Positions 39,349-50,800 of a stretch of DNA of 64,000 bases are shown piece by piece (positions within the stretch are counted from its first letter, which is position 1; every line of letters begins with the position of its first letter). The stretch spans positions 16,678,001-16,742,000 of the forward strand of contig OX597819.1 in the NCBI GenBank assembly GCA_951406725.2, in the 5' to 3' direction. Below the pieces are notes generated by a model. It saw only the letters and a program-made list of their open reading frames with translations, was not told the origin of the DNA and searched no databases. Origin of the DNA: Octopus vulgaris. Lineage: Eukaryota. Both the position numbers and the translations under genes were made by a program.

Positions 39349-42300
39349 AAATCCTGTTCTACATGACACATTCAACCAGTATCTGAAGTTTCAAAGTGTT
39401 TAGTTAAAAAAAAATTAATTAAAAAAATTTGTGCTTGACATGGAAAAAATCCAACATCTGTGCTTGAGATGGAAACATCCGGTTTTCGTCTGACTTTTTC
39501 TCTTTGGGTTCTTTCTGTTCAACCCTTGAGATATATATATGTGTGTGTATTAGCATTGAGTATATATAGGTAGGTATTCTACTGTGGAATTAAAGCTGGG
39601 TAAGGCCATCACAAACCAACAGCCAAAATATTTGAAGCTGTGTTAATGAGTAGAAGGGGTATATATGTGTGTGTGTAAAACTGCTTTGTAAACAGGACAA
39701 GATCATCATCACTACCATCACCAAGGCAGTTAGTAAGTGCATTTAGAGAATAGTTGAAAATGTCTTTCCCTCCTCCTGCTACCACTCTTTCTCTCCCTCC
39801 CTTTCCCATCAGCTGGGTCAGTGAAAGGTCAAGCAATAAGGAATGTAAGCTTTTCTTTTCACATTTCCTTTTCTCAGCATGTAGACAAGCACACACACAC
39901 ACACACACACACACCCTGATTAAGAAGCACACCTAAACACACATACACCTATTAAGAAGTACACATAATGAGGTATATACACACACACACACAAGACAAA
40001 CACACACACACACAGATATACACAAGCACTATCTTTACTTCCATTTCTCCACAACTGTTCTATCTCTTTCACTCTGCCCCTTCCCCTTCGCTAACCAACC
40101 AACCAACTAGTGAACAGCCATATGATCTGGGTCAGTCCAGAAATAAGGTCATCCAAACAGGGTTACTATGATACCCTAGAGATATATTCTGTGTACACTA
40201 CACACTCATACACAGGAGCCAGTGTGGGCATCAGCTAGCTAGAAAAAGCAACTAAATCTATCTTGGTTCACACACTAGTGAATTGAAGAAGAAAAAAAAA
40301 GACAGCTGAGATAATGTTGTATATTTTCAAATCAGATGGGATGGTCAGGGTTTAGAAGTCTAACTAATCACTACTCAGAGTTGATCTTCAGCTAAGTAAA
40401 AAAAAAAAAGTACTACACCTACAACACCCTTCTTTCTAATTCAACATATAAGACATAGGAACAGCTATCAAGGGAGCCTCTGTATGTAGTCTTTGCACCT
40501 GCTGAAAATAGCAGTCAAATTTCTTTCAAACCTCACCCAACTATTTTAAAAAGACAAGATCCTCAAGAGTATTACCTAAAAGAAAATTGGAATGTTCATG
40601 ATTTGAATGGACCTGTTACATCATAGTTGATATAGGGTTAAATAACAACACTAGCTATCAGTCTCTACATACCTGTTCAACCTGCAAGAAACAGCAGCCA
40701 AATGTCCCTCAGATCATTATGATTCAAAAAAGGCTTGGCTGCTATTTTATTGAATGTACTGAGTTCCTTTGTTTTATATAAATACCAGTAATCTACATAT
40801 GTATTGATTCAATTATCCACTTTCTTACAAACATAAAGTGAGGTATTAAATTTCTAAATATCTCATAGAGACATGTGGGGCGATAGAATGGTTGTATACT
40901 GTCAATTTAACATGACAGTAGGGGATTACACCACCGCTGTTTAGCCCTAGCATCAACGCTTCCTGGTGGCTTCGACTTGTAATAATATCTTGTGCAAATA
41001 CATTTTACCACAACCTCTTAATTCAAATCTTGTGATTGAAAATGTATTGATAGAAACTGTATGGAAGATGGATTATATTTATATTTCAAAAGCCCACTTG
41101 AGGACCACATTAAGGGTACATGCACATGCCTGTGGCATACTCAACCACTTATATGCTAATTAAATAAGGGAAGTGTTCATTTGACTGAAGTGAACTATCA
41201 TCAAAACCAACAGAGTTCCATTCCCACCTTTCCACAAACATTACTTACTCCCACTATTATAAGAAATTTTTGTTTGATTCTCACTGAAGTCGATTTTGCT
41301 TTAGGATCAGTTTTTCACCTGTGGCTTACTCAGAGGAAAGGCCTCTTGTTGTTAGGGTGTTTGACTCATCATAAAGACTGGGCAAATATATTGTGGTCTT
41401 GAGCAAAACACTTCAGTCTATTCAGCTGAGTGTTAATCTCATGGCTGACTGGTGTCCCATTATAAGTGAGACTATTGTACTCTGTTGATTATATGCTTTG
41501 GAAACTGAGATCAGCTCTGGCCTAATGAGCCTTTATGTTTACAACAGACTTAAGATATGGGATGTAGGGAAATGCCTATGACCCTTCACAAAACCTCTGA
41601 GACTGGTAGGAGAATGAAAGTAAACGATTCTTAGACCGCACACCAGGTCTGAGTACTTGTAACAATGTGGACTCTGCTAAAGTTTCCTAAGGGCCATGTG
41701 GTGGTGTTAAACCAGGTGGTAGATCAAGTCTGGTCTCAAAACAGGAAAGGTAATGTTAAAGGTTTCCATACATTTGTTATCCATGTAATTTTTACTTATA
41801 AGGCTTTGGTCAACCCAGAGATATGGGCCAAACGTGTCCTGCAGTGGGATTGAACTCAAAACTCTGTAGATTCAAAGTTAGTTTCTTAACCACACAGCCA
41901 TGGCTGCTTGCATTAAATCTAACCTAACCAGCTATACTATAAAATAATTATTATTTTGAGCTATAATCCTTTTGGGAGACTTTTTTTTTTTAATCACTTA
42001 GAAGACAATGCTCAGGACTCTTTCTAGGGCCTTGTATGATAGTGACACTCATTTACTACCATCATGCTATGTGAAAAGAAGTTGCAAACATTCACACATA
42101 CAGACAGATGTGTATGTTATTCCACTCTACCTAATGATATTGAGTACTTTCTTCACTTCATTGCAATTTGCATCTGTGTGAACCTATAATGATAGACACA
42201 TATGACAGGCTTCTGCACAGTTTCTATCTATCAAATTCCACTCAAGGGATTGGTCAATGTGTAGCTATGGTAAAAGATATGCCTAATGGGGCTTGGATTC

Positions 42301-42559
42301 AATTGGCTATATGCTATTCTCATATTTGTGGCCTTGTGCTCCTATTAGAAGCAATTAGTAGAAATGGGAGAACAATGGACATTTAAAAAAATTGTCTTTT
42401 ACATTCTGAGTTCAAATCCAACTCAAGTCAACTTTTGATATGCATCCTTCCAAAGTGGGGGAGTGGTGTGTGATAAAATAAATATTGGTCACATACTGGC
42501 ATTGGTTAAATTGACTGCAGCCCTGCCTCTACCCAAATCTTCGGTACTTATCCAAATTT

Positions 42560-42672
42560 GGCCATATCACATTGAATGCACCAGTTCTCATTGATTCACT
42601 GAAGTTATAATGTTGAGTCTAGTTAGTTCTTAGATGGGTGACTGCTTAGGAAACCTTGGTGCTGTAAGCATC
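42560..42672 (+). pseudogene. 5S rRNA pseudogene (5'-truncated, decayed)
   Basis: GGCCATATCAC.TTGAATGCACC.GTTCTC...GAAGTT...GTTAGT.CTT.GATGGGTGAC.GC.T.GGAA...GGTGCTGTAAGC is collinear with metazoan 5S rRNA; many CG>TG/CA changes. Confidence 0.85.
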
Positions 42673-42692
42673 TCAGACACACACACTTTTTA

Positions 42693-42890
42693 AAGGCAGT
42701 GAGCTCACCAGGTGAAATGCCTTGTGGTATTTTGTCCATCTTTACATTCTAAGTTCAAATTCTGCTGAGGTCAACTTTGCCGTTCATACTTTCAGAGTTG
42801 ATTAAATAAGTACCAATGAAACTCTGGAGTCGATGTAATCAACTACTCCCTTCCCCCAAAACTTCAGGCCTTGTGCCTTTAGTAGAAAGG
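42693..42890 (+). mobile_element. Second SINE family (gagttcaaattc..gaggtcaactttgcctttcatcc..gataaataagtacc); clustered copies at 35330-35640, 52310-53150(+) and 61800-62930(-)
   Basis: B-box-like GTTCAAATTC plus a conserved core repeated many times in the window. Confidence 0.7.
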
Positions 42891-44613
42891 ATTATTATAA
42901 TAATAAAGGCATTAATATTACTATCAAGACATCATCATTATTATAATTTGTTATTATCATTATTGGTGTCTGTCTTAATAGATTGGCTGCTGACAAGAGA
43001 ATGAACTGACAGCAGGAATAAATAGCTGTAATATTCTTCCAATCCATTCAAACTTTATGGACAATTAATTGTGTCCTATTCCAAGATGCCTAGAGTAGTA
43101 GCAATTATATGGTGAAGAAAGGTTACTACCCTCTCAGCAAAAATAAGTCTGTATGCTTTGTGTCAAAGCATAGATAGAAGAAAGAAGTAAGGAGTCTTGC
43201 CTGTGTTTAGAGTTGTTGTTGTGTGGCCTCAGGTTAGCCTTGAATCAGCTTATATATCATAAAAGCTATTTCAACTGTAACCGCCTCATCTTTTATTCAA
43301 CATTACTCAGGTAATGTTCTCCTTTGTTTCTTTCCTAATTTAAAAGGGAACGATGTACTTTTGAAGATTTGGTTTGTATTCCTAGCAAGTAGCAGGTGTC
43401 GTGTATTTCTGGATTGAATTTGTAGACAGTTCTTGCCTGTGAAGCATACTGGGAAGGGAGTTAAATCATATCCAACAGAAAAATAATGAAAAACATCCTC
43501 ATCTCTGCTTAGCAATTACATTTCCTGACAGCCCACAATAACAGCTCATCCTCACTGCTTTACCACATTAACACATCCTCACTGCCACTCTTACAGTCTG
43601 TAATGCTCCAACATTAGCGGTTCATGTATCCGTGGCCAACATGTTTGTTGAATGTGAAGATACAAATCTCTTGGATAGATAGCAAGCTTATAGCAACTTC
43701 TCCAGAAATTTCTGGATGAGGTCAGCTGCATCAAGAAGTGTCAATCTCTAATTGTGGAGGTAATATGTGGAAGGGGTAGACCCAAGAAGATGTGAGATAA
43801 ATTGCTTAGAAAGGATCTTCAAATGTTTGATCTCACAGAGAGGATGACAAGGGACTGAGAATTCTGGCAGTTTGCTGTGCTTGAGAAGACATGTGAAGCT
43901 AAGTAACATCATGGTTGTGGGCTCATGGGTGCTGGTGCCATGTAAAAAGCACCTAAGCCAGTGCCATGTAAAAGCACATGTGCTGGTGCTGTGTAAAAGC
44001 ACCCAATACACTATGTAAAGTGATTAACTTTAGGAAAGGCATGTAACTGTAGAAACTGTGCCAAAACTGACATGGAACCCAGGCAGCTCTTCTGTTGGCC
44101 AACTCCTGTCAAAGCATCCAACCCATGCCAGCAAGGAAAACAGATGTTAAATGATTATGATGCTTATGAACCAATATGTAAGGAAATGTTCTAAGATAAA
44201 ACATCCACAAGAAATTTTAACAGGAGGCAGGGACTCAATACATATAGTCAGGCATCTCCAACTACGTACATTTGTATATTTTATTATGGGTATTGAGAAA
44301 TTCAGTAGCACACAGGGACTACTAATTTCAGCCTGTGTAGAAATCCTTGGATACATAATTGTTGCTCTACAAGTGTATTAGGTACTTGCTTTCTTCAAGG
44401 AAGTTTAACCTTGTATGATGAACTTATCCCCCTCTGTTTTTCATACGCAAATAAGTAAATGTATCTATCCTTTTACTGTTGGGTGAGTATTAATTTGATT
44501 TGAAATACATACACAAGACAGGCAGGAGGAACAGCAATGTCACTAGCAAGAGAGAGAGAGAAATACCATACTGTTGTTGTAGGTGTTAAAATCCAATTTG
44601 TCTTTAGTGTGAC

Positions 44614-44640
44614 ACTCACCTGAAAAAAAAAAAAAAAATT
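44614..44640 (-). other. Candidate recursive splice site (ratchet point)
   Basis: Minus strand reads (T)16 CAG|GTGAGT: a 3' splice site directly abutting a consensus 5' splice site, junction 44620|44619, same strand as Musashi. Confidence 0.55.
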
Positions 44641-44821
44641 TCGTCTTACAATGCCATAATATGAACAAGAGAATTATAACAGGTCTTAATTACAACATAT
44701 AGCAGACACAAGTTTTGCTAAGTCATGGTGATATATCAGTATTAAGATAAAATTTATGATAGTGCTCACTCATGATACAATGTAAAGATGTGAAGTCTAA
44801 TACAATATAAAAATATGGGAG

Positions 44822-44891
44822 AGGATACAGTGTAAGGATGCGTATTAGGATAAAGTGTAAGGATGTGTGTTAGGATACAGTGTAAGGATGC
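44822..44891. repeat. Minisatellite, 25-bp unit x about 2.8
   Basis: aggatacagtgtaaggatg(c/t)gt(a/g)tt repeated. Confidence 0.8.
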
Positions 44892-47621
44892 AAGTTACAA
44901 TTGGTGTTTATGCTGTAACAATATCAACAAGCAAATTATGATTATAGGAACGACACAATCATTACAATTTCTAGAAGTAGTTGGTTACATTTTTCTGTAT
45001 CTAAATTTTCAGTTGACTGAAGTTGTACACTGAGATTAGTTCAATGAGCTTTTTACATAAACAAAAACAATTTTTGTTTTTGTACTACTCTAAGAAAACA
45101 GGAAATATAGTAATCATAAATCTGATTGTTAGTAAAGATGGAGTCAAGGAGAGTACATACATGAGATGTAAGGATTAGGTATTGTTAAATGTAGGGTTTA
45201 TAGGAGTGAAGTAGGCAGGCAACTACATAAGCTGGATTTATGTGGAGACCACTTTCATTCATCAGTGAAGATTTCTCTTTGTCTCAAGAGGTTTGAAGTG
45301 GGTGCATTAAGCAAGGTCAGAGAACTTTTCCATTTTCAGGGCTGCACATATCCTTGCATGATATAGAGGAGGTGAAGGAGAAAAGAGAATGAAGAAGAAA
45401 GTGGTAGCACAATATTTTAGAGATAATAGGTTGTCTTGGAGTGATGAAATGACAGAAGTATGGTAAAAAAATTTTGCTTTAACAAGACATTGTCCCAGAT
45501 GTCAGCAACAGCAGGTGTTATACTTAGAAAACTTGGGGACAATTAAGCTCAAGGCATCTTTGTTATTATCTAGTTCAATGTTGGCAATAAGAAAACCTTT
45601 ACATTGTCTCAATCTGTTACAAATAACATCCAAGTCTCCCTCAGATCATCCTTCAACATTAAACATTAAAAAAAATACATTGGCTAATGTGACCCTGAGT
45701 TCCCACAACACAAGATATAATGGCCACACTTAGAATGCTTTTGATCATTGCTCTGCTTGATTAGGATTAATCTGGGGGTTAAATAAATATCAAAAGTTAC
45801 ATTGTATAGTGTATACTATGTTTGAATAGAATATAAAATGCACACAGCTGGAATACTTTTGATGATAGGTTTGATGGATTAAGACTAACCTAGGGCTAAA
45901 AAAGAACAATTAACATTAATGATTTATCATTTTTAAATATTCAAATTGTTCATTTTCACTCCTGTATAGTATTATATGTCTACTAACTGATTTAGCCATC
46001 ACTGTGACGTTCATGATTCACAGATAAAATCTACTAAGACCAAAACATGTCTGCAGTTGTATTCCAATGTTTGCTGAGCTAAACAATATTAGAAATTTCT
46101 TATGTAATATTTTCAAATTAAACTCTTTTTATTCTGACTTCATTAAACACGTTAAAACAAATTTTTAAGAATTGTTAGTTAAAGAGTATAGTCAGTAACA
46201 CCAGAGATGACAAGTTCCTTAGTTAAAACACTCCTCAATGAACATTGGACAGCATTGGTCAACCTGTTAGAAATAACAGCCAAATCCCCCTTAAACCACA
46301 ATCCATCACATTAGAAGGGGACACATTGGATGATGTAAGACAGAATGATCTTGGGCAGAATGACTTTGATCATAGGTCATCCAATTCAGAGTTAACCTGG
46401 TGCTAAACATAAATGACATTATCCAGTTCAGTAGTTATTGCTTTGCACAGCTAAATAAATAAAAATCCTCAGGGGCAGACTACTCCCTTACATTCCCCCC
46501 TCCCCTCAACAATGAAACACACTTTCTAATGAAGGGTAGTGAATACAGAACAAAGTAAATCTGGTACATCTGGCTCCACTTCAAAATGGGTCTGCATTAT
46601 TTATTTTTATCATTCATACTGTGAATAAAACCATCATTGGTTGTAGGTTTCCAAGGTGCTAATCACGAGTTCACTGCATATATGATGATGTCAGTAACAA
46701 GGGAGTACCAGTAAGTTAATGCAGAACATGTAACAAGGACTTGATTTTAAAAGCACTGTTTTCATCTCAGTTTTCTTCACCAATATACATCACAAAAGGT
46801 ACGCATACATATATACATCTGTGATAACAAATATTTTGAAGATATAACGAAAATATTTCTTTGTGCAAGAGTTTAACAAAGGGCTCAAGGAAAAAGAGAG
46901 AATTCAAATTTCAGAACAATATACAATAGATAAAAATAGTGTTAACAGAATGGTACTTGGAAATCGAGACATGAAAATAAATATACTCTATATATATTTT
47001 CATTGAATAGGGATCTAGGCTTCTATCAGAAATCTGTGTGTAACATACACTTCTCCATCTCCACATGGAGTGAACGCTATGATAGTGGTTATGCTGGTGT
47101 TACTGTATTTTTTAAAACTGTTGGAATCTTCATACCTACAAAATAATCCCATTTTTAATTTTAATTTGCAGTCTTTTTGAATTCAATTATCAAAGTTTGT
47201 TTCTGTGAGATTACTTTGGTACCCTACCACACACACGGCTTCTGCAGTTCTCTCAACCAAATTCCATTATAATAAAAAAAAAAACTTGATCAAGGAGCCA
47301 TGTGGTTGGATTGATCCTGGAACCATGTGGCTATGGAGTGACTTTAACTACACAGCCATTCTGCTTCATCAGATAACTCCCGTTTCTTTGGTGGTTTGTT
47401 ATCAACATATTGTTATCAGTATATTGCAAGATTTCATTACACTTTCCTGATATCTCTGGAGGGTGTATTTTATAACATAATATTGATATTGTGTTTATGG
47501 TGATGTTATCACACAGCTTTGCATGCATATTTTATGAGATGCCCATACAGACAATATGACATCTATGTATGTTTGTATGTAAGAATTTACTACACAAACA
47601 CACGCGCAGTGGATAAAAGCT

Positions 47622-47830
47622 AAAGGAAAAGAGAAGAATGGGGAGAGAGAGAGAAAAGAATGAGGAGAGAGAGAGAGAGAAGAATGGGGAGAGAGAGGAG
47701 AATGAGGGGAGAGAGAGAGAAAGAAGACTGAGGAGAGAGAGAAGAATGAAAAAGAAACAGAATGAGTGGAGAGAAATAGAATGAAAAAGGAGAATGAAAG
47801 GAAGAGGAGGGATGTGAAGAGAGTGAAGTG
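47622..47830. repeat. About 200-bp polypurine/polypyrimidine (GA-rich) tract
   Basis: Nearly pure A/G on plus, with recurring gagaagaatg units. Confidence 0.85.
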
Positions 47831-50800
47831 CATGTGTGAGAGTAAAATGGGAGTAAACTGGCAGAAAGCGACATACTTTTGTATCACATGAACGTCACTG
47901 TCTAGGTATTCTTAGTTAAATATCCAATGATAAAAGTAAGTATATGGCTAGAAACATTTCAATCTTCTAGATTTTTCTTTTAAAACGATACCCAGAAATC
48001 AGTATTTGGTTTGGGAGTTTTCTTTCTCCTAGTTGTTTTATTGTATACTCAAACATATACACATACATGAGGTAACCTTAATGCAAGCATTTAAAAGACC
48101 ATTTACACAAGGAGGGGCTCAATATATTTGAATGGAGGGTGTCTGACAATTGTACAAAAGTTTTAAAACTGAGAGGTCAGGGCCTAATGTTCCTGAGGAG
48201 AAACTGTTTGGACCTGAACTACTTGTTTCAAAACTTTTGTGCAATCATTAGGTGTCCTGTATTTAATAGATTCTTTGTTTTACTGGTTTCAATCATTGGA
48301 CTGTAGTCATGCTGGGGCACTGCCTTCAAAGGTTTAGCCAATCATAATGGCCTCTGCTTATTTTCTAAAGTCTGGCACTTATAGTTTTAATTTCTAGTTG
48401 TTGAACTACTAGTTTAAGGGATAATGTAAACATGGATACAAACACACACATCATATGTATTTACAAATAGATACATTCACACACAACAGGCTTCAGTACA
48501 ATTTTCATCTACCAAATTTTACTCACAAGGTATTGATCAACTCAAGGATGTAATGGAAGACACTTGTCTAAGAGTGCCATCCAGTTGGTTCAATTCCCAA
48601 ACCATATAGTTCTGAAGTGAACTTCTTAACCAAACAGCCATGGCAGCACACATATATATAAATCACCTGTTTTCATCCTTTATGGCCCTGACACTAATTC
48701 CCCCCTTCACCCCAACATGTCTTGAAGTCTCTATAAGAAGGTTCATGGCAAGGACCTGCCTTACCCGAGCAATTTTCATTTTCTTTCTTAATCTAGCAAT
48801 TAAGTTATTGTGTATCTTTATAGTCTTAAATTGTCAGTGTGTGGTCAGTAAATCAAATCATGCTAACAACCACTATGATGGGGTAATTTCACATTTGAAA
48901 TACTGGTAAACTAAAGTTTGTGTGTGTATGGTTGGGGGACAAACTAGATAACTGCAGAAAGTATACATTACATATGTGTGCATGTGTAAGTTTGTTGCTG
49001 TAAGCTGGTGTGTAAGTTTCTACATGTTTGTGTGGGTGTGTTGAAAATTTCTTGTATAAACATATCCAGATATATATATATTTAGATCTCTATTTCTAAA
49101 AAAAAAAAGAAAACACATACAGTAGATTCTCATCCATGCAACTGAACAAAAACTAGGAATGTTCAAAATTTAAGAACAAGTAGGGGAGCTAACTTCAGTT
49201 AAATCAGTCCCTAAAGAAAGATTTTAAGTAATTTCAGTTAACTTAAGTTTTTTCAACTCCCTTATATGGGAGACCCAACTATTTGTAGCTAATATATAAC
49301 AACCACTTTTTCATACACACACACACACACGTGTGATGGGCATTTTGAGCTTTCATCTACCAAATCCACTTGCAAGGCTTTATTTGAGCCAAGGCTATTC
49401 AAAACACTTCCCCACAAGTGCTGCTTAGTGGGACTGAAACCTGAAACTACATGAATATGAAACAAACTTCTTAACCACACAACCATTCCAAAATGTGGTC
49501 CAAGATATATCAAAAAATAAAAAAAAGTCATGGCTAGAGAGTCTATGAGCTTAGGTGTGAGTGATAGCTTAAGTATGTGTCTAATATGTCTGTCAAATTT
49601 GGTAAAAGGAAACTGTTGAAGGGACAGTTCTTGGATCATAGGCAATGACATAGCAAAGGTTCTCATCAGTTGGTTGCTTTTGAAGACACTTTTAGTGTCC
49701 CATCTTATTTAACAAGCATGATCAAGAAGAAATTTTTGTACTCTTAACCACACAGCCCTACCTCTGTCTGTTGTATGTATGTATGTATTAAAACCATAAC
49801 TTCTAATTTTTTTTTCCAATTTTGCTTTTGAATTCTTTGTAGTTTGATTGAAACATTGAAGTTTCCAAATTCCATGCATGTCATTCAGTAATGTTACTGC
49901 AAATCTGGATCAAATTCACTCGAGCTATTTCCCTTAGCTCTTTTTTGTATATTAAAAATGCACTTGCATATATAACAGTAAATGTTTGTGTTCATGTGTC
50001 CAAGCTGATAGTTCCCATATATAGCTACTGCCATCATTACCATCTACTTCAGCTTCATCACTACCATTACTAATCACCACTGTAGTAGTGATGATGGTTG
50101 TCACTACTACCATCACAACCGTTACTGCTAGCATTGTCGTCACCACTATCACCAATATTATCATTACTGTTACCACTAATATCCTCCTCAGTTGACCTTA
50201 ATCCCTGTTTAATCCCCTACGAAAACAGTAAGCCACACTGCTACCATCTCCTATACAAAGGATTAGAGAATTATAGAATAAAAATGGTTTCATACCATCC
50301 TGTGGTGATGACAGTGCTTGTGAGATGAGAGGTGTTAGTGGCTATGTTGATAGTGCATGAGAGGTAGTGGTAGTTGTGATAGTGGTTTTGCACTGTAGCA
50401 GTGCAGAGTGTTGGTGTGTTGGAGATAGCGCTGTTGATATGGTGGAGGTAATGATAGTTGTTAAGAAAGAGGCCATTAAAGTGGCTGTACACAAGTAGAC
50501 CAGGTGGAATTGAGAGAAAATAGCCTTGTCACATGGATATAAAAACTGTCTTTTCAAGGGGTAGAGGCAAAAATTTCATTGGGGTGGATTGCAATGTGTG
50601 CTTAGTCTGAGGACCTCTAATGTAAGAAAAATGATATATTCCATCTTATAGTTACAGTTGTAATTGTATTTTAGTTACCCTTTGGGCAGCCTACATTGAG
50701 AAACTTATGTGTAAAAGTATTCCTTCTGTGACCATTTTATTATATTTTCAAGCAGTGTATCCAAAATAGCCTTCCTTTGTTAAGAAGCTAGTAATTTGAT

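Noticed and set aside
40565-40595. ttttcttttAG|GTAATA possible ratchet point (similar weaker sites at 47136 and 26221)
   Set aside because: Donor halves are weak, and the 40.6 kb site is inside a decayed repeat; expected by chance.
47495-47887. Hydrophobic S/L/F-rich ORFs resembling membrane proteins
   Set aside because: Translation of the (CT)n-rich strand of the polypurine tract.
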